A DNA stretch of 24,000 nucleotides from Candidatus Heimdallarchaeota archaeon (lineage in GTDB: Archaea; Asgardarchaeota; Heimdallarchaeia; JABLTI01). The notes under the pieces are model-generated. The model saw only the letters and a program-made list of their open reading frames with translations. It did not search any database and had not been told where the DNA came from. Where the stretch lies: assembly GCA_019058165.1 (NCBI GenBank), contig JAHLVZ010000030.1:1-24000 (forward strand), read 5' to 3'. Positions 15,429-23,693 of this stretch are shown here, piece after piece (the stretch's first letter is position 1; each line of letters begins with the position of its first letter). The translations under genes and the position numbers were made by a program.

Positions 15429-15555
15429 AGCTATTAACCACCAATCTTTTCTATAATTTAACCTTTCACATATTTAATAGTTTTATTTGAGTTATGTGAT
15501 TTGTATTAATGAGGGATAAATCTAAATTTAAGAAGAAAATATTCCATCTATTGGT

Positions 15556-16254
15556 TTGATTGAAATGCTTCTAATTGATGATTGTATTGAGAAATGGGGA
15601 ATCAAATGCATTATCTTTGATCTTGACGGTACCTTAGTTGATACTCTTGACAAACACATACTTGCATTCATAAAATTATTTCAAGAAAATAATCTATCAA
15701 TAGCAAAAGAACGAATAAGTGAGAATATGGGAAGAACACCGAAGGATACCTTGCTTACATTAATTCCTGAACTTAAAACAAATCAAAAGAAACTCATCAC
15801 ATTTGCTAATCGTAAAGAAGAAATCCTAACAACATTACTTGAAAATATTCCGTTGTTCATAGGTGCAAAGGAAATACTCGAGTATCTAAAGAAAGTTAAT
15901 CTTCCATTAGCTTTAGCTTCATCCACACCGAAATTTAATGTGCAGAAAATGTTAATTTCAGCTGGAATAAATGAATACTTCAATGTAATTATCACAGGCG
16001 AAGATATTTCCGTTGGAAAACCAAATCCTGAAGTGTTTCTGAAAGCAGCCAAAAAAGGTAACTTCTCCAAAATCGAATGTATGATTATTGGGGATTCCCC
16101 ACATGATGTACACGCAGCGAAGAATGCGGAAATGAAAATTATTGCAGTAAACACTGGGACTCATAGTTATGAAGAAATCCAAGAATCAAAACCAGATTTG
16201 ATTGTAAAAACATTAATTGACTTACTATCAAAAATTAAAATGCCAGAAAAATAA
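15556..16254 (+). CDS. HAD-superfamily hydrolase, subfamily IA (beta-phosphoglucomutase/phosphatase-like)
   Basis: Motif I IIFDLDGTLVDT, motif II LASSTP, motif III GKPNPEVF, motif IV IGDSPHDVHAAKNAEM. The track start is TTG at 15556; ATG at 15565 is equally plausible. Confidence 0.85.
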   Translation: MIEMLLIDDCIEKWGIKCIIFDLDGTLVDTLDKHILAFIKLFQENNLSIAKERISENMGRTPKDTLLTLIPELKTNQKKLITFANRKEEILTTLLENIPLFIGAKEILEYLKKVNLPLALASSTPKFNVQKMLISAGINEYFNVIITGEDISVGKPNPEVFLKAAKKGNFSKIECMIIGDSPHDVHAAKNAEMKIIAVNTGTHSYEEIQESKPDLIVKTLIDLLSKIKMPEK

Positions 16255-16352
16255 TAAGCAAAAACAAAAAATTTGTAACTTTAGAAACAGTAAAAAGTCT
16301 TATATAATATTTAACTTCAACAGATATAGACTATTAATACAGGTGAATACTA

Positions 16353-16514
16353 ATGTCTGATCGATTAGGTTTTGGCTGGCAATTTTTAGGTACAATATTA
16401 TGTGGATTTTTTTTTGCAATCCCAATCGCTATAGCTTATTATATTGTAAGATTTGTACAAGGTAGAGTTGAGAAGCAAAAAGAGAAGGATATTGAAGAGC
16501 ATACAGTTATTTGA
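16353..16514 (+). CDS. small single-TM membrane protein (53 aa), not in the ORF track
   Basis: ATG at 16353 has AGGTGA 7 nt upstream (16341-16346), and a TATA-like TTATATAAT lies at 16300-16308. Translation: MSDRLGFGWQFLGTILCGFFFAIPIAIAYYIVRFVQGRVEKQKEKDIEEHTVI. A T-rich tract follows the stop. Confidence 0.45.
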   Translation: MSDRLGFGWQFLGTILCGFFFAIPIAIAYYIVRFVQGRVEKQKEKDIEEHTVI

Positions 16515-16593
16515 AATCTTCTCCCCATTTTTCTTCTTTTATCTAATTATTATTATCTTATTTTTGTAGTTGAATTAGTGTGAGTGGTAGATT

Positions 16594-19347
16594 TCAGTTT
16601 TCATCTTTTTCAAAGAATTTACTAAGTTTCATTTGTTTTGTATGAGTTTTCTTTTCATTTTCTTTTTCTGATTCTAAATCCTCTGAATCTTGTTCAGTTA
16701 CTATATCATCTGATATCCGTTTGAAGATCTCATCAATTGGTTCTGTAGTTAATTTGTTCTTAATCTCTTGTAATGTAACTTTCAAACCAAATCCTTCTGA
16801 AGCACGCAAAATTTCTGCAAGATAATGCTCACGATCAATTTCTGAAGCATATTTAGGATGTTTAGCACGATCACTTAGAATACCTTTGCCCGGAGTTATT
16901 ACCCATTGAAATTTATCAAAATCCTTCCAAGCTGTTGTTGGATCCAATCCTTCTCTTTTAGCAAAATCAAGAAATGCTTGAACAGCTGGCATTTTTGATT
17001 TGTATTTTTCAGGTTCTTTTTTAATCGGTGAAAGAATAACTGCTTTTGGAATAAGTTCTTCAGCAGACATTTGGAGAATCTCAAGACCTAGCTCAATAAG
17101 ATATTGTTTTGCTTTAATCATGCCTGAATCAATATCATCATTTTCAACTTTCTTCTTCATCACAGGTTCAGTTAGGATTAATTCTAGCACTTTTTTTTGT
17201 GAGTCTCGAGAAAGCATAGACCAATCAGAACGAACTGCTTCAAAACCAGTGATCTTTAATTTTCCAGATAAAATGCTATAATAGCTATATGCTTTTGCTC
17301 TCCCTGGTTTGAAAATTAATCTGTAAGCAATATCTTCTAAAGTTAATTCCATAGCTTCAGGGAATTTAGAATTAAGATTTTTAAGAATCGAATTTGTGAT
17401 CTCTATTAGTTTTTCCAGATATTTTTGTTTTTTCTTTGGGTTCTTTTCATTAAAAGCATTTATTACAAATGACTCATCGAGTATTTTTATGAACGCAGAA
17501 TCAGTATCCCCATAAATAATATCAACTGGCGTTATTTTTTTAGAGACCTCTTTCAGAAGCTTCTCCATTTGAAGAATATAGGTTCTTGCGATATTTGTAA
17601 TTGCATTACCAAGTGTAATAGAATAAAACCGACTTCTAATGTAATTGTGACTTCCATACATACTATTAGCAACGATTTTCATTGAATACTGCTCTTTGTC
17701 AAGAATCTCTCGTTCCTCTGATAATCTCTCTTTCTTTTTTTCATCTGTTATATCTTTCAATTTTTGATCAAGTACTTTTATTGCATCTTTCGTATGTTCG
17801 CGACGATGAATCAATGATTCTTCCATTAATGATAGACACGATTGGGGTTTTGAGTGGAATAATTCAAGTGGGTTGGCATCTTCAATATCTTTCACTCTTT
17901 TGAGGGATTCCCCTCCAATATTATGAGCAACACAAACAGATGGATACATACTCCGAAAATCACTGATAATAACACCAAAGTGCAAAGTTCCTTTTGGAAT
18001 TAGAACGGTTCCACCTGTGTGTGGATTTTTCCTCCTTTCAACTCTCCTCCTTGCGACTTCATCATCACTTGGAGCCATAGGTATCAAAACATCCTGAATT
18101 CCAGCGAACCTCATAAGTTCAAATTCCCCTTGGATTCTTTCTGTGCTTCCTGGAGCTTCGCCTGGAGGATAACCTGTTAATCGTATTACCTCAAGCCATC
18201 CTTGAACCCCTAATTTCCAAGTTAATTCGTAAGTTAGTTCACTATCTGTTAGGGAATATTCTTCAAGTTTCTTTTGATCTGCTTTGTTACCTTGTAAAAA
18301 TCCTGATCTCCATAATTCACCAGTGGTCTTTTCTATTTCGATTTTCCCGAATCCAAGTACAGTTTCTGCTATGTCTCCCAAACCCTTTTTACCTGATATT
18401 GGGTGAATCCCCCAAGTTCTAGGTGAAATATCGTAAGAAATTCGTCCTTTGATTCTATAGCAACGATTACGATTTGAATAGAAGACAGAATCATTTTGGA
18501 AAATTGAGAACAAAGCTGAGGGAATTGACAATTTTTCCATTCTAGCTAGGAGATATGGTAAGTCAAAATTATCTCCATTAAATGTGATTAGGACATCTGG
18601 TTGTATGCAATTTACTTCCTTAATGAATTCCTGAATCACTCTAATTTCATCTTGATTTGTATCTCCCTGAAGAATGAATGTTTTACCTCTACTATCAAAT
18701 TGATTAGTTCCCCAAACAGTAGAAATTGCAACTATTCTTTTGGATTTACTACCCAGTAAATGTTGAATCGTTTCTTGTTGATGATCAATTTCGATATCAA
18801 AAGCCATTATTTTTAATTTATAGAAATAATCTGCAGAACTGATAACTTCTTTTGATGCTGGATTTATTTGCATGTAACTCGCATCTATAAAAACTGTGTT
18901 CTCTTCTTTCTTGATGTTTGATGAATTTACCGTAAGAACATTCAAACCACGTAAACCAAGGTCTAACAAGAATCGCTTGATAAAAGGAATATCTGCTTCG
19001 TGTATTTCATAACCTGCTTCTTTAATACGTGTTCTAACTGTAGGAGTTTGTTCTGGATGGGAGCCTGATAATTTGATTAGCTTTAATTCTTCTCCCCCAA
19101 AATACCTTTTCTTCTTGGATTCTTCAATGCGTAGTTTCCATTTCCTAACAATAGGATCTTTTTCAATAAAATCCTCTATTCCTTTTTTATGAGTAATATA
19201 GAAGTAAGGTAGAAAATCTTTAATGGTTATAATTACTGTTTCTTTTTCCGTTTTGCCAAATAATCTTATTGTTGGTGAATCATCTGTATCTTTAATTTTA
19301 TAATCAAGATCAATTAACATAAAAGAGAATTCAGATAAATCTACCAT
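16594..19347 (-). CDS. polB: family-B DNA polymerase (archaeal PolB), exonuclease-proficient, intein-free
   Basis: Exo I is MAFDIEID, Exo II is NGDNFDLPYL, Exo III is YSLTDSELTYEL. Pol motif A is DFRSMYPS, motif B is KIVANSMYGS, motif C is IYGDTDS. A C-terminal PIP box is present. Confidence 0.95.
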   Translation of the reverse strand: MVDLSEFSFMLIDLDYKIKDTDDSPTIRLFGKTEKETVIITIKDFLPYFYITHKKGIEDFIEKDPIVRKWKLRIEESKKKRYFGGEELKLIKLSGSHPEQTPTVRTRIKEAGYEIHEADIPFIKRFLLDLGLRGLNVLTVNSSNIKKEENTVFIDASYMQINPASKEVISSADYFYKLKIMAFDIEIDHQQETIQHLLGSKSKRIVAISTVWGTNQFDSRGKTFILQGDTNQDEIRVIQEFIKEVNCIQPDVLITFNGDNFDLPYLLARMEKLSIPSALFSIFQNDSVFYSNRNRCYRIKGRISYDISPRTWGIHPISGKKGLGDIAETVLGFGKIEIEKTTGELWRSGFLQGNKADQKKLEEYSLTDSELTYELTWKLGVQGWLEVIRLTGYPPGEAPGSTERIQGEFELMRFAGIQDVLIPMAPSDDEVARRRVERRKNPHTGGTVLIPKGTLHFGVIISDFRSMYPSVCVAHNIGGESLKRVKDIEDANPLELFHSKPQSCLSLMEESLIHRREHTKDAIKVLDQKLKDITDEKKKERLSEEREILDKEQYSMKIVANSMYGSHNYIRSRFYSITLGNAITNIARTYILQMEKLLKEVSKKITPVDIIYGDTDSAFIKILDESFVINAFNEKNPKKKQKYLEKLIEITNSILKNLNSKFPEAMELTLEDIAYRLIFKPGRAKAYSYYSILSGKLKITGFEAVRSDWSMLSRDSQKKVLELILTEPVMKKKVENDDIDSGMIKAKQYLIELGLEILQMSAEELIPKAVILSPIKKEPEKYKSKMPAVQAFLDFAKREGLDPTTAWKDFDKFQWVITPGKGILSDRAKHPKYASEIDREHYLAEILRASEGFGLKVTLQEIKNKLTTEPIDEIFKRISDDIVTEQDSEDLESEKENEKKTHTKQMKLSKFFEKDEN
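16612..16635 (-). other. canonical PCNA-interacting peptide (PIP box) at the PolB C-terminus
   Basis: Residues 905-912, QMKLSKFF, match QxxLxxFF and lie 5 residues from the C-terminus. I verified them codon by codon on the reverse strand. Confidence 0.7.
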
Positions 19348-19435
19348 TGCACAACACAGGAATTAATGATTCATATTATGATGTTAACTTATTTCATTTG
19401 AATTTATCTAATACCAAGAAAAAAATTGATTAGAA

Positions 19436-20434
19436 TCAGCTCTTTATAATTGATTTCTGCAAACTCTTGATATCATCTTCACTGAGAATAGTGTCAGGAG
19501 AAATAATGATCTTGTAAATACATTCACGACAGATGTCCATACCGATTTTAAAACCATAGATTTGTGAAAGCATAACTGAATCTTCATATCTTTTAAGAGT
19601 GACTTTGATATTCCTGGTGTCGATTTGCTTAGTAGTTACAGGACATCTCAGAATTTTCTCACCATTCTTTAAAATACAGAAATCTGGACAAATATCCTTG
19701 CCGGAATTCTCCATGGATTCCTTTCTAAGATCAGGTATAATTTCCAAAACCATTTTACTAACTTCATCATGAAATCCAAAACTAGTAAGTTCGGTTTCTA
19801 TAAATTGGTCTTGATTCAAACAATAAGTTGACCCATCTTCCATTTCCTTCAACATTGGACAAGGATAATGAAATGAGTATTCTTCTTCCTTTTTCTTGTC
19901 TACTTTAAACTCAGGAACTTCTCCTGTTGTCTCCTTCAAAATCCAACTATAAACTTCTTTTAAACCAACAAGAGTTACAGCACTTGTACTAATCATTTCC
20001 CAAGATCTGTTAAGAACTCCTTTCAAACCCAACTTGCTAATCAAAGTACTTTCTTTGATGGTTTTCTTAAGATCAGATTTATGTCTGAGAACGCATATAG
20101 GAATGAGTTTTTTCTGGGTATTTCTAAGGATTCTCTTGAATTCTTTTGAAACCTCTTTGAGATTCTTCTTATTTCCAGAGTCAACAACAAAAACTATCAA
20201 ATCTGCAAAAGGGAGAAGAGGAGTAACTTCTTCTCGGAATTTTTCCTGGCCACCTAAATCGAAAATACGAAAATTCATATCTTTCGCTTTGAGCGTACTA
20301 AGAGAGACACCTAAAGTTGGTGCTGTTTTGAAAACATCACCTTTAGTAAATATATTGAGAATTGTTGTCTTTCCTGCGTTAGATAGACCACAAAATAGAA
20401 CAACTTTTGTTTTCTCATTTCCCACTTTAGGCAT
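19436..20434 (-). CDS. eukaryote-type small GTPase (Arf/SR-beta/Rag-like G domain) with a roughly 155-aa Cys-rich C-terminal domain
   Basis: G1 is GLSNAGKTTIL (residues 16-26), switch I is PTLG, G3 is DLGGQ (59-63), G4 is HKSD (118-121, nt 20072-20083), and G5-like is TSAV. The C-terminal region 176-332 carries H189, C192, C205, C249-x3-C253, C264 and C302-x2-C305. Confidence 0.85.
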   Translation of the reverse strand: MPKVGNEKTKVVLFCGLSNAGKTTILNIFTKGDVFKTAPTLGVSLSTLKAKDMNFRIFDLGGQEKFREEVTPLLPFADLIVFVVDSGNKKNLKEVSKEFKRILRNTQKKLIPICVLRHKSDLKKTIKESTLISKLGLKGVLNRSWEMISTSAVTLVGLKEVYSWILKETTGEVPEFKVDKKKEEEYSFHYPCPMLKEMEDGSTYCLNQDQFIETELTSFGFHDEVSKMVLEIIPDLRKESMENSGKDICPDFCILKNGEKILRCPVTTKQIDTRNIKVTLKRYEDSVMLSQIYGFKIGMDICRECIYKIIISPDTILSEDDIKSLQKSIIKS

Positions 20435-20512
20435 AGTAGTTATATTTTCGCTTATACATAAAATATATTTCGATAGTGACTTGTAAGAATAAAAAAGGGA
20501 GATATTGTCTGA

Positions 20513-21580
20513 TTATTGAATAACATCTCTTCGTTTTTTAGCCAAAAATGCTTGGTAAACCTCTGGTGATTCATGAAAAATCTTTTCAACAACGAGATTT
20601 ACAATACGTGACCCATAATCTTGTGACATGTGAGCTTTCTTATGAGTTAGATAAGCTGGTGTAATGAAACCATTACCATCATGATATGTGACCATTGCTT
20701 CTTGAATTTCCTTTAATCGGTTCTTTTGTGGTAAAAGAGAATCAACTCGTATGGGTTGAGCTCCATCCTTTAAAATAAAGTAACTAAGATAGAATGATTG
20801 CAATTCGTCTTCCTGAAATACATTTGCTGCTTTCCAAACTTTTTGTCGTACGGGACTAATTTTAGGAGCAAATTTAATTGGTTTGGTAAATCCTGACTTA
20901 CCTTTTGAAATAATATTGATTAATGATACATCATTAATTGGTGGTTGTTTCTTTGAATCTTTGTGTAAATGTTTCATCAAAATGTTAGCTCGAGAATCCT
21001 TGGATACCCCAACCAGAACTATATCATCTAATATGCTTTTGGTGATTAACTTATACGCTGCTTGAATGAATTTTTGATAAAGACTAAAGAATTTTTCAAT
21101 ATATGATCCTTCATCAATACTATCTAAATCTTCCAAGTAGAATCTTAAACTATGTGGAATACCTTTGTAAGCAAAATTAGTTATAGACCCATCAAGGAAA
21201 AGGATTTCTGGTTTCATTTCTGCTAGCTTTAACGCTACATTCACCTCGAGTAAATCCCGAAAGAGAGATCCAAAATTCCTAGGGTCATCATCCATAGTTA
21301 GGATTTCAACATCATCTTCTTCAATCCAAATTGGATCTTTATTTTGCTCGAAAATAGCACCTGCTGCACGTGATGGTATTATTGCTAAACCTACAAAATC
21401 TTCTGAAAAACCCCCGCCATCTAAAGCAGCAATTTTCCTAGGATTGATTTGTGTAGGTAAATCAAAGAATGGATATTCGATTTTCTTAAGTTCTTTCACA
21501 ATATTTTGTAGTTTGTCTTTAGCAATTCTTACTTTTGAAGTGATATTAGATTCGAAATCCTGAGTAGGTTGTTTATCCAT
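20513..21580 (-). CDS. nurA: NurA-domain nuclease-like protein
   Basis: KIAALDGGG and ILFLDGSITN match the two acidic NurA motifs (xxAxDGS and LDGSL). The C-terminal ITPAYLTHKKAHMS resembles the conserved YPxxLxxAHxxAxxS block. No HerA, Mre11 or Rad50 gene lies in the window. Confidence 0.55.
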   Translation of the reverse strand: MDKQPTQDFESNITSKVRIAKDKLQNIVKELKKIEYPFFDLPTQINPRKIAALDGGGFSEDFVGLAIIPSRAAGAIFEQNKDPIWIEEDDVEILTMDDDPRNFGSLFRDLLEVNVALKLAEMKPEILFLDGSITNFAYKGIPHSLRFYLEDLDSIDEGSYIEKFFSLYQKFIQAAYKLITKSILDDIVLVGVSKDSRANILMKHLHKDSKKQPPINDVSLINIISKGKSGFTKPIKFAPKISPVRQKVWKAANVFQEDELQSFYLSYFILKDGAQPIRVDSLLPQKNRLKEIQEAMVTYHDGNGFITPAYLTHKKAHMSQDYGSRIVNLVVEKIFHESPEVYQAFLAKKRRDVIQ

Positions 21581-21653
21581 TTCTGACCCAATCCATACAA
21601 TATAAAATTAAAACTAGTTATTATAAATATACACCTTGCAATTCAATCTGTTA

Positions 21654-22043
21654 TTATTTTGATTTTAATGCTTTTTTCATTGTTTCTTTTGCTTCTGTTT
21701 CTTTTCCAAGTTTTCTCAAAGCTAATCCCTTATTGAACTGCGCATCTCGATGCTCAGGGTTAATTTTGAGTATTGTGTCAAAGTATTGTAATGACTCCTC
21801 ATCTTGAGAAGCTTCAATCAACACTAAACCTTTCATAAATAAGTAATCAATATCTTTAGGGTTTAGTGAAAGCAAAATATCATGGACTTCTATTGCTTCA
21901 CTATATCTATCAAGATGACGTAAACAAGAAGATTTTTCTAAAAGTGCTGAAACATTTTTTTCATCTTTACTGAGAATTTCTTCTAATTCTTTGAGTCGTT
22001 CTTCAATTTCCTCTGGATTTTTATCGTGTATATCTTTAGTCAA
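21654..22043 (-). CDS. small TPR-repeat protein
   Basis: Three TPR units in 129 aa (ALLEKSSCLRHLDRYSEAIEVHDILLSLNPKD..., FMKGLVLIEASQDEESLQYFDTILKINPEH..., QFNKGLALRKLGKETEAKETMKKAL). Confidence 0.8.
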   Translation of the reverse strand: MTKDIHDKNPEEIEERLKELEEILSKDEKNVSALLEKSSCLRHLDRYSEAIEVHDILLSLNPKDIDYLFMKGLVLIEASQDEESLQYFDTILKINPEHRDAQFNKGLALRKLGKETEAKETMKKALKSK

Positions 22044-22257
22044 TTAATTCATCTCATTATAAAATATTTTCTAGTTTTTCTAAACAAATAACATGATAAT
22101 ACATTCATAGTTATGAGTGTTATCCTTTTAATTTTCAAGTTAATGATTATATTCTTGTATTTGCTTTGTTTTATAATCTATTAAAATAGGATATTTACCG
22201 ACTAACTTTTATTTAGTTGAATTTGAAAATAATTAAAGAAATAAATTAAGGTGATCT

Positions 22258-23679
22258 TTGATGCTAAGTAAAATCTATAAAAGAAGAGCCATTCTAGCAG
22301 AGGTAATAGTCGATAGAAAGACAGGAGATCACTTAGCTGAATTATCAGAATTAGCATATGTTGTTGGTTATAATGTCGTTGATAGAGTAACTCAAAAAAC
22401 TGATAGATTGCATCCTGAATATTTATTTGGTAAAGGAAAAGCAAAGGAAATCAAAGGTCGAATCAAAGAATTAAACGCAAGTATTGTGATAATTGAGAAC
22501 AAACTTGATGCTATTCAATTAGATAATTTAAGAAAAATGTGGCGAGTAGAAATCATTGATAGATTTGAAATTATTCTTGAGATATTTATCAAGAAAGCAG
22601 GAACTCAAGAAGCGCTGACTCAGATTCGTTTAGCGGCATTAAAGAAAGTAGTTGGGTCGCGTTTTGAAAGTCACAGAAGTGTTACATCTCGAAATGTCTT
22701 AATAAAGAAATTAGAGAAAAAATTAGATCTAATTAAGAAATCAAAAGATCTGCGAAGAAAAAGAAGGTTGAAAACGGGATTTGATTTAGTAGCAATTGCT
22801 GGGTATACTAATTCTGGAAAAAGTACTCTAATGAATGCTTTGACTGAAGCTGAAGTTGAAATAAGTGGTAGAATGTTTACAACATTAGATACGACAACAA
22901 GAAGTTTCGATGCAGATGGAAGAAAAATATTAATCACAGATACAGTTGGATTCATATCCCGACTCCCACATGTGTTAATGGCTGCTTTTTATGCAACCTT
23001 GAAAGAAGTGACAGAAGCTGATTTAATCCTATTATTAATTGACTGTAATGATTCTGTGGAAAACATTAAGATGAAAGTTCTAGCATCAATGAATACTTTA
23101 GGTGCGATCGAAGCTGAAGCAATTCCATTAATTCCTGTTCTAAATAAAATGGATATCGCACAAAATAGAGATGAAAAACTGGAAATAGTTAAAGCTGCAT
23201 TGAAAAAACAACCAGTAATGATAAGTGCAAAAGATGAAACCAATATGGATGCCCTTAGAGCTGAAATTCTAAATATTCTCGAAACATATCGTTTTCATTT
23301 GAAAATACCTAATAATAATGAAGGCATGTCCTTGGTTTCCCGAATTCATGACAAAACAAGAATTACAGAAGAAATATTCCATGAAAAAGTTATAGAATTG
23401 AGATTTGAAACTAATGAACGACTAGGCAGATATCTCTATAACACTATCAAGAAAAGTAATTTAGACGTTGAAATTACAAATGAAGAAATTCTCTTAAAGC
23501 AATTGAAGAAAAAAGAGACAGAACCAACAGAAGATGGTTATAAAATAATTAAAACTGAATCCGGTGAAGAATTTGTTATATTTGATCTCGTAGAAGAGAA
23601 AACAAATGAGGAGAATCTAGAATTACTGGATGAACCTGAAAAATTAGGTAAAATAACCTCACTTAAAGAAAAAAAATAA
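22258..23679 (+). CDS. hflX: GTPase HflX with an acidic C-terminal extension
   Basis: The HflX N-domain reads HPEYLFGKGKAKEI...IIDRFEIILEIFIKKAGTQEA. G1 is GYTNSGKST, followed by FTTLDTT. G3 is DTVGFISRLPHVLMAAFYATLKE and G4 is NKMD. AAGGTGA sits 5 nt before ATG 22261, which is the likely true start; the track uses TTG 22258. Confidence 0.85.
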   Translation: MMLSKIYKRRAILAEVIVDRKTGDHLAELSELAYVVGYNVVDRVTQKTDRLHPEYLFGKGKAKEIKGRIKELNASIVIIENKLDAIQLDNLRKMWRVEIIDRFEIILEIFIKKAGTQEALTQIRLAALKKVVGSRFESHRSVTSRNVLIKKLEKKLDLIKKSKDLRRKRRLKTGFDLVAIAGYTNSGKSTLMNALTEAEVEISGRMFTTLDTTTRSFDADGRKILITDTVGFISRLPHVLMAAFYATLKEVTEADLILLLIDCNDSVENIKMKVLASMNTLGAIEAEAIPLIPVLNKMDIAQNRDEKLEIVKAALKKQPVMISAKDETNMDALRAEILNILETYRFHLKIPNNNEGMSLVSRIHDKTRITEEIFHEKVIELRFETNERLGRYLYNTIKKSNLDVEITNEEILLKQLKKKETEPTEDGYKIIKTESGEEFVIFDLVEEKTNEENLELLDEPEKLGKITSLKEKK

Positions 23680-23693
23680 AGGAACCTAGAGAA

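Noticed and set aside
15783-16182. Minus-strand ORFs 15783..16154 and 15958..16182
   Set aside because: They are antisense to the HAD hydrolase, whose four HAD motifs define the coding frame.
16899-17903. ORFs 16899..17084 (-), 17000..17281 (+) and 17682..17903 (+)
   Set aside because: They are nested in or antisense to polB, and the polB frame is fixed by its Exo and Pol motifs.
20034-20486. 150-aa plus-strand ORF
   Set aside because: It is antisense to the GTPase gene, where G1, G3 and G4 motifs fix the minus-strand frame. It is rich in S, F, L and R, has no motif, and its start has no RBS.
22202-23243. Minus-strand ORFs 22202..22444, 22671..22955 and 22989..23243
   Set aside because: They are antisense to or overlap hflX and its promoter, and have no supporting signals.
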